From the NCBI GenBank assembly GCA_963782055.1, contig CAWAIF010000003.1, forward strand, positions 4,064,001-4,128,000: 64,000 nucleotides of DNA. The letters are read 5' to 3'. Positions within the stretch are counted from its first letter, which is position 1. Each line of letters opens with the position of its first letter. The notes beneath the pieces were generated by a model. The model was given only the letters and a program-made list of their open reading frames with translations. It was not told the DNA's origin and did no database searches. The DNA comes from an uncultured delta proteobacterium. Lineage in GTDB: Bacteria; Myxococcota_A; Polyangia; Polyangiales; Polyangiaceae. A program made the position numbers and the translations under genes. This document shows positions 55,175 to 64,000 of this stretch, piece by piece.

Positions 55175-55349
55175 TGGCGCGCGCAGGATGTGCTGGCCAG
55201 ACACACGGGGTGCGTCCGTCCAGTGGTCGGCCGGAGACGTCGAACCGCGAGCACGCTTGCGGTCCGAGGGGCCGCCGCCTGGTGGGGGGGCGTTGCCATC
55301 GAGGGACGAGGGGTTGACCGCCGGGCGGGGGCCACGTAAGCGCCACGGT

Positions 55350-56132
55350 ATGTCCCACGAGACGATCCTGAAGGCGCGCGAGGGCGCCGTCACCCTCCTG
55401 ACCCTCAACCGCCCGGACAAGCTCAACGCCCTCAACGCCCTGCTCCTCGGGGAGCTGGAGGAGGCGCTCATCGAGACCGAGGTGGACCAGCGCACCCGCG
55501 TGGTCATCCTGACCGGCGCCGGCGAGAAGGCCTTCGCCGCCGGGGCCGACATCGGGGCGATGTCGAGCATGACTCCCGCACAGGCCAGGGCCTTCTCCGC
55601 GCTCGGGCACCGCGTGTGCGCGCGCATCGAGTCGGCGCCCTTCCCCGTCATCGGCGCCGTCAACGGCTTCGCCCTGGGCGGCGGCTGCGAGCTCGCGCTC
55701 GCCTGCGATTTCGTCTACGCCAGCGAGAAGGCGAAGCTGGGACAGCCGGAGGTGAAGCTCGGCGTGATCCCGGGCTTCGGCGGGACGCAGCGGCTCGCTC
55801 GGCGGGTCGGCATCGGCCGCGCGCGCGAGCTCTGCTTCACTGGCGGGATGATCGGCGCCCAGGAGGCGCTGCGCATCGGCCTGGTGAACGCGGTGGTCCC
55901 CGTCTCGGAGCTGCTGACGCGGGTGAGCCAGGTCGCCACCACCATCGCGACGATGGGGCCGCTGGCGATCGCCCAGTGCAAGCGCGTCCTGCTGCGAGGC
56001 GCCAATCTGCCCCTCCCCACCGCCAACGAGCTGGAGAGTCAGGCGTTCGCGGGGCTGTTCGGCTCGGAGGACCAGCGCGAGGGCATGGCGGCGTTCCTCG
56101 CGAAGCGGGACGCGCAGTTCAAGGGGCGTTGA
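55350..56132 (+). CDS. crt: Enoyl-CoA hydratase (crotonase)
   Basis: NRPDKLNAL, AFAAGADI, GFALGGGCEL, GQPEVKLGVIPGFGGTQRL. Confidence 0.92.
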   Translation: MSHETILKAREGAVTLLTLNRPDKLNALNALLLGELEEALIETEVDQRTRVVILTGAGEKAFAAGADIGAMSSMTPAQARAFSALGHRVCARIESAPFPVIGAVNGFALGGGCELALACDFVYASEKAKLGQPEVKLGVIPGFGGTQRLARRVGIGRARELCFTGGMIGAQEALRIGLVNAVVPVSELLTRVSQVATTIATMGPLAIAQCKRVLLRGANLPLPTANELESQAFAGLFGSEDQREGMAAFLAKRDAQFKGR

Positions 56133-56457
56133 GTTGCATGCTACCGGCTGGCACGCGCAGGCACGGGTGCGTGCCGGCACATGTGGGCTATCCGCTGTTT
56201 TTGCGGACATTTCAGCGTCATTTAGACCCACATTGACACACATGGCGGTGGCTCAGCCCGGGACTCCCGCCCGAGCGCGGCCGTGCGAAGGGCAGCGCGG
56301 CCGCATTTTCGATCGGCATGTTCCGGCCCCTCGTCACGTTGGAGGGGGAACGCCAGCCCGAGACGTAGTCCTAGCGGTGTGCCCTCAGACTTGGTAAGCA
56401 CGCGCCCCCAGCCGCCAGCTTGCGGTCGGTGCTGCTGCCTCCGACGCCCAGGCGCCC

Positions 56458-59400
56458 ATGACCGAAACGCCCGAAGACGAGAAGAAGCAGGACGCCACCG
56501 GCGACGAGGAGCCGCACGCCGCCGAGCCAGCCGCCGCGGGCGAGAAGCCCACCGCGAAGCCGGATGAGGGCGACGTTGCGAAGGCGGAGGCCACACCCAG
56601 GCCCGCCAAGGCAAGCGCCAGGAAGAAGGCGACGAAGGGGGAGGCCGCCAAGCCTGTCAAGGCGGAGGCCCCGCCGGCCCGGGATGACGCCGGGACGCGA
56701 GACGCGGATGCGGAGGACGACGAGACCACCCTCATCCCCCGCGGCAACCCTTTGCGATGGACACGCGGCGGCGTGACCGCGCTCGTCGGCGCGCTGGGCG
56801 CCCTGCTCCTGATGGGCCACAACGCCCAGATCCACATCGTCGGCGTGCCGCTGGGCTTCCTCTTCATCCTGGTGACGACCTTCGGCCTGATGGACCTGGT
56901 CGGCTCCTTCGACGACGCCGGCGAGACGCACGCCACGGCGGAGCTCGGGCCCGTGCTGCGGTCGCTGGCCGCGGTGTTCGGCACCGGCGTGCTCTTCTTC
57001 CTGACGCTCGCCGGCGGGCAGAGCGGGATGGGGACCCAGCCGCTCTGGGGCGCGCTGGTCACCCTCGCCTTCGTCGGCGCGGTGCTCGCCGTCTACGATC
57101 TTGGCGTCAAGCTCGGCCCCTGGCGGAGCGACGAGACGGGCGAGCCGCGCCCGCTCTGGAAGCGGCACGGCTTCTGGCTGGTGGTGATCGCCGCGCTGCT
57201 CTACCTGCCCGCGCTGGGCAGCTACTCGCTCTGGGATCCGTGGGAGACGCACTACGGCGAGGTGTCGCGCGAGATCCTCGCGCGCGACGACTGGATCTCC
57301 ATCTGGTGGGCTCAGGATGGCTGGTTCTTCTCCAAGCCCATCATGAACTTCTGGATCCAGGCGCTCGCCATGGCGACGATGGGCACCCACTACCAGCCGG
57401 ACAAGATGCTCATCGGCGTGGGCGGGCTGCCCAACGCGCACCCCGAGTGGGTGGTGCGCACGCCCAACTTCCTGCTCACGGTCATCGGCCTCTACATCAT
57501 CTACAAGGGCGTCGCGAAGGTCTTCGGCCGGCGCGCGGGGTTCCTCGGCGGCCTGGTCCTCGCGACGATGCCCCAGTGGTACTTCCTCGCCCACCAGACG
57601 ATGACCGACATGCCGTTCGTCTCGACGATGACGGCGGCGATGGGGCTGCTGCTGCTCGGGCTGCACACCGAAGAGAACAGGAAGGTGCGGCTCTACGAGC
57701 TGAACCTCGGCAAGACGAAGCTGCGCCTCTCCGGGTGGCACCTGGTCTTCGGCGCGATCCTCGCGGTGGCGTTGCCGCAGATCCTCTACCTGGCCTCGCG
57801 CAACCTGGAGCTGGTGCTCCACGGGTCCGGCCCGCACGGCTTCCGCGCGCACTGGGACGAGTTTTACAGCGGCTCCGGCCTCGGCAACTGCGGCCTCCCC
57901 GGCAACGAGGCGTGCAACCTCACCCACCCTGCGTCCATCCCGCGCGCGGCGGGCATCCACCCGACGAGCTTCGGGGGGGACCTGCTCCGCATGTTCGGCG
58001 GCTTCGAGCCGGTCGTGCAGGCGGTGGTGTGGGGCGCGGGCATCGGCATCCTGCTCTACCTCTCCTGGGGCGAGCGCCGGCTCCGGCGGCTGTACTACCT
58101 CGCCGCCTGGTTCTTCGCCGCCCTCTCCACGATGGCGAAGGGCCCCGCCGGCTTCGGCCTGCCGATGCTCTGCGGCTTCGGCTACGTGATGGCGACGCGC
58201 CGCTGGTCGGAGCTGTTGCGCTTCGAGATCGTGGCGGGGCTGCTCATCATCCTGACGGTGGCGATCCCCTGGTACGTGGCGATGTACGTGCGGCACGGCA
58301 CGCCGTTCACCGACCGGCTCATCTTCCACGACATGTTCAACCGCGCCTTCCACCACGTGCACGACACGAACGAGGGCGACGACACGAGCTTCCGCTTCTA
58401 CATATGGCAGCTCGGGTACGCGACGTACCCATGGACGGGCCTCGCACCACTGGGGCTGTTGTGGTGGCTCCGGCGGCGTGACAACGCCGCGAGCGGGCGC
58501 GGGGACGTCTCCATCTTCCTGGCGATGTGGTTCATCTTCGCCTTCGCCCTGTTCTCCTTCATGGGGACGAAGTTCCACCACTACATCTTCCCCGCGGTCC
58601 CGCCGATCGCGATGCTCATCGGCATCGTGCTGGACGACATGATCGGCAACGTCGAGCTGCGCGGTATCAAGTGGCCGCTGTTCGCCGTGGGGGCGGGGGC
58701 GGCGGCGGTGCTCGTCGTGCTGGGCGTCACCGCCAAGATGGGGGGCACGCCCTGGGGCGAGGGCAAGGGCGGCATCACGGCCGTCGCGGTGGTGGCGGGC
58801 GTGCTCCTGGTGGTCGCGCTGGCGCGCAAGGCGATCCCCTTCTTGAACGATCACTCGGAGGCGGTGCCCCGCGCCGAGACGCCGAAGACGCCGGAGCTCC
58901 CGGCGGAGACGACGGAGGCGACGCCGTACCGCGGCGCGCCGGCGGCGAAGGACGACGGCGAGCAGGCCGCGGCCGAGCGGCGCGCGATGCACGAGCGGCT
59001 GATGCTCGGGGCCGCGGCGATCGCCGGCACGCTCATCATGGCCATCGTCGGGCGCGATCTGGCGATCAAGCCGGAGAACTCCGACCAGCCGGGCGCGATC
59101 CGCCTGCTGCAGCTCTTCACCTACAACTACCGGCGGCCCTGGCCGGAGGTGCTGCACTTCGGCGCGGTGCTCACCGGCTTCGCGATCGTCGCGTGCGTGC
59201 TCGGCGTGGCGCTCGCCGTCTACAAGCTGCGGCGGCACGCCGTGCTGGCGATGTGCGGCTTCGCCTTCGTGTGGGCGCTCTGGGGGCTGGACGTCTACAT
59301 GGTGAAGACGGCGCCGCACTGGGGCCAGCACGACATCATCCAGAAGTACTACGAGGACCGCACCGGCCCCGAGCAGCCGCTCGTCGCCTACCAGATGAAC

Positions 59401-59634
59401 TGGAAGGGCGAGAACTTCTACACGAGCAACCACATCCCGGCGTTCGTCTCCACGGGATCGACCTTCAGCCGGTGGGTGCGCGAGCAGAAGGCGAAGGGCA
59501 CCACGGTGATGTACTTCATCACCGAGCACACGCGCACCGGCGGGCTGCGGGCGGAGGTGGGCGCGAAGTCGTACCGCGAGGTCACCGACAAGGCGCTCTG
59601 CAACAAGTTCGTCCTGGTCCGCGCCGAGCTCTGA
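56458..59634 (+). CDS. Large ArnT/PMT-like (GT-C) membrane glycosyltransferase
   Basis: LWDPWETHY, FFSKP, MTDMP, KGPAG, PWY, TKFHHYIFP; many TM segments. Confidence 0.85.
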   Translation: MTETPEDEKKQDATGDEEPHAAEPAAAGEKPTAKPDEGDVAKAEATPRPAKASARKKATKGEAAKPVKAEAPPARDDAGTRDADAEDDETTLIPRGNPLRWTRGGVTALVGALGALLLMGHNAQIHIVGVPLGFLFILVTTFGLMDLVGSFDDAGETHATAELGPVLRSLAAVFGTGVLFFLTLAGGQSGMGTQPLWGALVTLAFVGAVLAVYDLGVKLGPWRSDETGEPRPLWKRHGFWLVVIAALLYLPALGSYSLWDPWETHYGEVSREILARDDWISIWWAQDGWFFSKPIMNFWIQALAMATMGTHYQPDKMLIGVGGLPNAHPEWVVRTPNFLLTVIGLYIIYKGVAKVFGRRAGFLGGLVLATMPQWYFLAHQTMTDMPFVSTMTAAMGLLLLGLHTEENRKVRLYELNLGKTKLRLSGWHLVFGAILAVALPQILYLASRNLELVLHGSGPHGFRAHWDEFYSGSGLGNCGLPGNEACNLTHPASIPRAAGIHPTSFGGDLLRMFGGFEPVVQAVVWGAGIGILLYLSWGERRLRRLYYLAAWFFAALSTMAKGPAGFGLPMLCGFGYVMATRRWSELLRFEIVAGLLIILTVAIPWYVAMYVRHGTPFTDRLIFHDMFNRAFHHVHDTNEGDDTSFRFYIWQLGYATYPWTGLAPLGLLWWLRRRDNAASGRGDVSIFLAMWFIFAFALFSFMGTKFHHYIFPAVPPIAMLIGIVLDDMIGNVELRGIKWPLFAVGAGAAAVLVVLGVTAKMGGTPWGEGKGGITAVAVVAGVLLVVALARKAIPFLNDHSEAVPRAETPKTPELPAETTEATPYRGAPAAKDDGEQAAAERRAMHERLMLGAAAIAGTLIMAIVGRDLAIKPENSDQPGAIRLLQLFTYNYRRPWPEVLHFGAVLTGFAIVACVLGVALAVYKLRRHAVLAMCGFAFVWALWGLDVYMVKTAPHWGQHDIIQKYYEDRTGPEQPLVAYQMNWKGENFYTSNHIPAFVSTGSTFSRWVREQKAKGTTVMYFITEHTRTGGLRAEVGAKSYREVTDKALCNKFVLVRAEL

Positions 59635-59641
59635 TCCCGCC

Positions 59642-60094
59642 TCACGGCTTCGGGGCGCCCGCCTCGATCCACGCGTGGACGAGCGCGGGGAGGCGCGGGT
59701 CGAAGGGCTGGTTCTGCGGCATGCGCGAGCCGTCGATGGAGGCGTCCGCTTCGGTCTTGGCGTAGAGGTAGCTGTGCTCGGGGTCGAAGGGAGCGACGCG
59801 CAGGACGCCGGGCACCTCCGTCGAGGAGACGCCCACCAGGTTCGCCGTCTCGTCGCCCGGGGGGAAGGTGAGGCCGCCGGCGTTCTGCCCGTGGCAGGAC
59901 TCCACGCCGTCGCAGCCACGCAGGATGACGCCCATCTTGGCGGCGACGGAGGCGTCGGAGTCGTAGACGCCCGTGGTGGCGGTCTGGAAGGGGTCGACGT
60001 CGTCCGCGGCGTCGCCCGCGTCGGCTGCGTCGGGGGACGTGGAGCACGCGGCGAGCGCGAGGAGGAGGAGCGGGAGCAAGAGGGCGGTCCGCAC
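59642..60094 (-). CDS. Lipoprotein with cytochrome-c-like domain (CX5CH)
   Basis: Lipobox LAAC; CDGVESCH; V.PFDPEHSYL..K; RMP; WIEAGA. Confidence 0.7.
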   Translation of the reverse strand: MRTALLLPLLLLALAACSTSPDAADAGDAADDVDPFQTATTGVYDSDASVAAKMGVILRGCDGVESCHGQNAGGLTFPPGDETANLVGVSSTEVPGVLRVAPFDPEHSYLYAKTEADASIDGSRMPQNQPFDPRLPALVHAWIEAGAPKP

Positions 60095-60132
60095 GGAGCC
60101 ACCGTGACGCAACCGGCGTGCCGGCCCGGGAG

Positions 60133-60450
60133 TCACTCCGCGGCGGCGTCCGCGGCGCCGGGGCCGGGCGCGTCCCGCATGGCGCACGTGCCTGCGTTGC
60201 AGTACGCGGCGCGCGCCGGGCACACCCCGCACGCGTCGCGGCACTGCCCGATGCGCTCGCGCTCGGCGACGTATTTGCCCCACTCCGTCTGGTTGATCGC
60301 GCCGAGCTGACACGTGCACGAGCAGATGTCGCCCACCTGCACCGCGACGCAGTCCTCGTCCACCTGGCAGCTGGTGTCGTAGCCGCTGGTGTCGATGGTG
60401 CTGCCGCACGCGACGACGAGCAGGCAGGGGGCGGCGAGCCACCGGAGCAT
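60133..60450 (-). CDS. Small Cys-rich lipoprotein
   Basis: Lipobox VVAC; YDTSCQVDEDC..CSCTC..AIN..C..GTC. Confidence 0.78.
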   Translation of the reverse strand: MLRWLAAPCLLVVACGSTIDTSGYDTSCQVDEDCVAVQVGDICSCTCQLGAINQTEWGKYVAERERIGQCRDACGVCPARAAYCNAGTCAMRDAPGPGAADAAAE

Positions 60451-60460
60451 GGGCCGCACT

Positions 60461-61261
60461 CTACGCCGGTTTGGCTGGCAGCGCGCCTTGCGGCGCCACC
60501 GCGGGGAGGCGCGCGACCCCGGCGGCGAGGCGATCGTCCCAGACGACCATCCGCGCGGCGCCCGCCACGCCGAAGGGCAAAAGCAGCACGCCCAGGCCGG
60601 GGACGAGCAGGACGACCGCGCCCAGCGACCCGAAGGCGAGCACCGCGGCGAAGTTGCGTCCGATGAAGCGCATCCTGTCCCCGACCGACGCGCCGCGCAG
60701 GCCGAGCGGGTAGTCGAAGAAGTCCCACGCGAGCAGGAGGGCGGAGACGATGAACTTGAGGGGCAGCGTCACGATCACCGCGGGGGGCGCGAGCAGCTCG
60801 ATCACCGTCAGCAGGGCGAGGATGGGCAGGCTGATGGCGAGGCCGGTGAGGGTGACGGCGACCGAGCGGCGCATGGAGTCCAGCAGCGGTGGCTCGGGCC
60901 ACTCCTTGCCGCCGAGCTCCGTCTCCTGCTTGCGTGCGATGCGGTCCAGCGCGAAGCCGCTCAGCGGCTGCGCCAGCGCGAAGGCGACCAGGACGGCGAC
61001 GAGGACCGCCACCGCGCTCAGCAGGAGCAGGAGCACCCACTGCCCGACCGCCGACCACACGGTGGAGCCGCTGAAGAAGGCCTCGGCCGCGCGGGTGGCG
61101 CCCAGGATGCCGAGCGCCGAGAGGCCGCCGCCGAGCACCACGAGCCACATGACCGGCACGGCGGCGTAGCCCCACACGGAGGGGCGGCCCACGACGAACC
61201 CCACCCCGCCGAAGAAGGCGCGCAGGCCATCCCAGATCCGCAGGCGTCGCACGGTCTTCAT
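60461..61261 (-). CDS. EI24/CysZ-like membrane protein
   Basis: G..F...P..W....VP; AQPL..F.LD; DFFDYP; VAGAA. Confidence 0.8.
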   Translation of the reverse strand: MKTVRRLRIWDGLRAFFGGVGFVVGRPSVWGYAAVPVMWLVVLGGGLSALGILGATRAAEAFFSGSTVWSAVGQWVLLLLLSAVAVLVAVLVAFALAQPLSGFALDRIARKQETELGGKEWPEPPLLDSMRRSVAVTLTGLAISLPILALLTVIELLAPPAVIVTLPLKFIVSALLLAWDFFDYPLGLRGASVGDRMRFIGRNFAAVLAFGSLGAVVLLVPGLGVLLLPFGVAGAARMVVWDDRLAAGVARLPAVAPQGALPAKPA

Positions 61262-61311
61262 CCTGACCACCCGAGCGCCGGCGTCAACCCAATCCGTTGT
61301 ACGCTCGGGGC

Positions 61312-61941
61312 ATGAGGCGGGTGATCCTGGCCGCTGGGGTGATGGGCCTTGTCGCGGCGTGCGGCGCGCAGAGGCCGCCACCCTCGTCGGCGGACACGAT
61401 CACTCTCCCGGGCGCGCCCCTCGCCTCCCCTGCCCCCGGCGGTCCGCAGCAGTGGCCCGCCTGCGGGCGGACACCGGGGCAGGCTCCGGTCAAGGCCCTC
61501 GACGGCATCACGCACACGCCCACCTGCAACCGCATCGCGACCCAGTGGGCGAACCTGCCGGCGGCCGACCGGGCGTGCGAGACCGACGCGGACTGCGTGG
61601 TCTTCACCGACGACGCGCGCTGCCACGCGACGACGCTCACCAGGCGAGCCGCGCCGCGCTACACGCCTCCGTGCGGGAGGCCCGACGCCGGCCCGTGCGG
61701 GGGCGGCCGCGTCCCCGCCGCTGCGAGGTGCTCGCACGGGTGCTGCGTCCTGCCCGACGGCGGCTTCGGCGACCTGGTGCATACCTACGTCCGGGCGCGG
61801 CCCCCCCCGGACAGCGACCCTCTGCTGCCTACCGGCGGCGGGAGCTGCCATTGCGGGCCGAACGACCGCTGCTGCGGCGGGGGCATGCCCGGGCACTGGC
61901 GCTGCGTCGACAGGAAGCGCCCGTGCCCCGCCGTGCCGTGA
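61312..61941 (+). CDS. Cys-rich lipoprotein
   Basis: Lipobox VAAC; RACETDADC, ARCSHGCC, CHCG..CC..C..CP. Confidence 0.75.
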   Translation: MRRVILAAGVMGLVAACGAQRPPPSSADTITLPGAPLASPAPGGPQQWPACGRTPGQAPVKALDGITHTPTCNRIATQWANLPAADRACETDADCVVFTDDARCHATTLTRRAAPRYTPPCGRPDAGPCGGGRVPAAARCSHGCCVLPDGGFGDLVHTYVRARPPPDSDPLLPTGGGSCHCGPNDRCCGGGMPGHWRCVDRKRPCPAVP

Positions 61942-61945
61942 CCGA

Positions 61946-62890
61946 TCACCCACCGGCGAAGGCGATGCCCTCGAAGTCCTCCGCGCGGAACGGCAGGGTG
62001 AGCCACGGCTCGCGGGGGTGGGGCTCGGCGTAGAGCGGCGGGCGCGCGGCGAAGCGCGTGGGGTAGTAGTTGCGCTGGAAGAGCAGGTCCATCGCCCGGC
62101 GTGAGACGTCCGGCTCGCGGCGCAGCTCCTCGCGCACCGCGGCGTCGTCGCAGGCGGCGACGGCCTCGTCCACCGCCGGCTCGCTCCACGCGGTGAAGGC
62201 CGCCGTCTTCGCGTCACCGACGGCCTCGGCCGGGCGCGGCTCGTTGCCGTGCACCCAGAGCGGCGTCTCGCCGGGCGCGGCGAAGGGATCCACGTACGCG
62301 CCGTCCAGCCACACGTTGAAGTGCACGTGCGGCACGCTCCACGGGAAGGCGACGAAGCCGTCCAGCCCGGAGTAGCCGGAGAGGGCGACGGGCTGGCCAC
62401 GGCCCACGACGTCTCCCGGGCGCACCAGCGCGCGCGCCAGGTGATTGCTGGTGGTGATCAGACCGCGGCCGTGGTCGACGAAGACCTTCAGGCCGCCGCG
62501 GTTGAACTCGCTGGAGACGCGCAGCACCTTCCCCGGCGCCGCCGCGACGACCACCGTGCCCACCGGCACGGCGAAGTCGGTGCCGTTGTGGCTGTCGTAG
62601 GAGAGGCTCCCGCCGCGAAAGTCGCGGACCTGCGTCTTGCGCACCGACCAGCCCTCCTCGATGGGCGTGGGCGTGCGGTTGAAGAGGTTGGAGATGGGGA
62701 CCCGGCGGTCGCCGCGCCTCGCGCCCAGCCACGTCCGAAGGCTGAGGGCGGGGTGGAAGATCCCCAGGCTGGAGAGGCCGAAGCGGGTGGCGGGCACGCT
62801 GGCGTCGCCGCGCAGGGCGAGCCACGCCTCACGCGCGCGCACCGGCAGCGGGCGCAGGCCGAAGGTCTCCAGGACGCCGATCCGATCCAT
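61946..62890 (-). CDS. M23 family metallopeptidase
   Basis: HNGTDF, VVAAAPGKV, DHG.G, NHL, SGYSG, PHVHF. Confidence 0.9.
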   Translation of the reverse strand: MDRIGVLETFGLRPLPVRAREAWLALRGDASVPATRFGLSSLGIFHPALSLRTWLGARRGDRRVPISNLFNRTPTPIEEGWSVRKTQVRDFRGGSLSYDSHNGTDFAVPVGTVVVAAAPGKVLRVSSEFNRGGLKVFVDHGRGLITTSNHLARALVRPGDVVGRGQPVALSGYSGLDGFVAFPWSVPHVHFNVWLDGAYVDPFAAPGETPLWVHGNEPRPAEAVGDAKTAAFTAWSEPAVDEAVAACDDAAVREELRREPDVSRRAMDLLFQRNYYPTRFAARPPLYAEPHPREPWLTLPFRAEDFEGIAFAGG

Positions 62891-62901
62891 GCGCCGCCTC
62901 A

Positions 62902-64000
62902 CTACTGCAAGAAGCCCGCCGCGCTGAGGAGCGCGACGACGACGCCGAGGAGGCTCTCGCCGGCGATGACGCCCGAAGCGACCGGCGTGAAGTACTGCTC
63001 GGCGTGCTCGCGGCGGTACTTCATCCAGAAGTGGACGAGGAGGGCGCCGAGGAACATCGACACCGAGTTGAAGCACGGGATGACGAGCGCGAGGCCGAGG
63101 CCGGTCGCGCTGGGGACGAAGCGCTTGTAGCGGGGCAGCGCGCGCTCGAGCAGCGGCAGGATGATGCCGATGATGCCGCCGATGAGCAGGCCCCAGCGGG
63201 CCCACGGGTGGAGCGACTCCACGCCGTTCGCCAGGACCTCGGCGACGCCCTTCCACACCTGCGCGCTGGGCGCGGGGAAGCGATCGGTGCCGAGCGCCGC
63301 GGGCGTCGGCACCAGCGCGTAGAACGCGGGCACGGCGACGGCGGTGCCGACGAGGGTGCCGGAGAGCTGCGCGAGGAACTGCTGCCGCGGGTTGGCGCCG
63401 AGGAGGTAGCCGCTCTTCAGGTCGTTCAGCAGGTCGGCCGCCGCGCCGGCGGTGCCCGCCGTCACGCTGGCGGTCATCAGGTTGGTGGTGATGTTGGACG
63501 GGGCGAGGATGCCGTAGGTGAGCTGCGTGATCTTGCCCATCGCCCCGACGGGGGTGATGTCGGTCTCGCCGGTGGCGCGGCACGCGACGATGGCGAGCGC
63601 GAAGGCGAGGATGACCGCGACGACGCCCATCCACGGACGGATGTCGAAGGCGAGCCACCCGATGGTGACCAGGCCGAGCGTGGCGACCGCGGTGCCGCCG
63701 ATGAACCAGGAGCTGGGCACCTCGATCTTCTCCAGCTCCTCGCGGGCCTTCTCCAGCTCGCCGGTGGCCGCGACCTTCGGCTTGCGGGAGAAGAGCTGGG
63801 CGAAGCCGCTGAAGGCGCGCAGCACCGTCCGCCACTGCATGCCGAAGGTGAGCAGCCCGGAGGTGACCATGATCGCGGCGCCGGGCCACAGGCTGAAGGC
63901 GACGATGTTGCGGTAGCCGAGGACCTGCGTGCCGTGCGGGCCGGGCGTCATGTGGATGGCGCCGTGCGCCAGCGCCATCGGCGCGATGACACCGTAGTTG
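62902..64000 (-). CDS. OPT/YSL family oligopeptide transporter (partial; 5' end outside the window)
   Basis: RATGETDITP, DLLNDLKSG.LLGANPR.QF.AQ, PAPSA.VW, SGVIAGES. Confidence 0.92.
   Translation of the reverse strand, partial: NYGVIAPMALAHGAIHMTPGPHGTQVLGYRNIVAFSLWPGAAIMVTSGLLTFGMQWRTVLRAFSGFAQLFSRKPKVAATGELEKAREELEKIEVPSSWFIGGTAVATLGLVTIGWLAFDIRPWMGVVAVILAFALAIVACRATGETDITPVGAMGKITQLTYGILAPSNITTNLMTASVTAGTAGAAADLLNDLKSGYLLGANPRQQFLAQLSGTLVGTAVAVPAFYALVPTPAALGTDRFPAPSAQVWKGVAEVLANGVESLHPWARWGLLIGGIIGIILPLLERALPRYKRFVPSATGLGLALVIPCFNSVSMFLGALLVHFWMKYRREHAEQYFTPVASGVIAGESLLGVVVALLSAAGFLQ

Noticed and set aside
56242..56262. tRNA-like start GGCGGTGGCTCAGCCCGG
   Set aside because: No T-arm (TTC) or closing acceptor stem
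56371..60102. 1243-aa minus-strand ORF
   Set aside because: Antisense shadow of the glycosyltransferase

Overview
A very GC-rich, gene-dense chromosomal window that looks myxobacterial (probably Polyangia/Sorangiineae). This rests on a MYXO-CTERM tail, two Hanks-type Ser/Thr kinases, many lipoproteins with DAG/DGG-rich linkers and a DigR-like REC-XRE regulator. It holds about 60 CDSs and two tRNAs (Pro-CGG, elongator Met-CAT). Housekeeping content includes pdhABC, lipA, mtnA, bioA, hbd/crt, tatD, a cold-shock gene, oppD/F-like ATPases, MATE and OPT transporters. I saw no CRISPR array, integrase or transposase. The most notable observations are: (1) a dispersed PrkA/YeaH/SpoVR stress system in which spoVR is coupled to a small HEPN-like ORF with an RX4H motif; (2) a candidate sRNA next to tRNA-Pro with a sequestered SD-like motif, twin C-rich repeats and its own terminator; (3) a recurring TANNNT hexamer 6-9 nt before many start codons, suggesting widespread leaderless mRNAs; (4) an unannotated 44-aa signal-peptide ORF between hbd and crt; (5) an atypical MYXO-CTERM subtilase. 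All product calls come from reading motifs by eye; no database searches were run.
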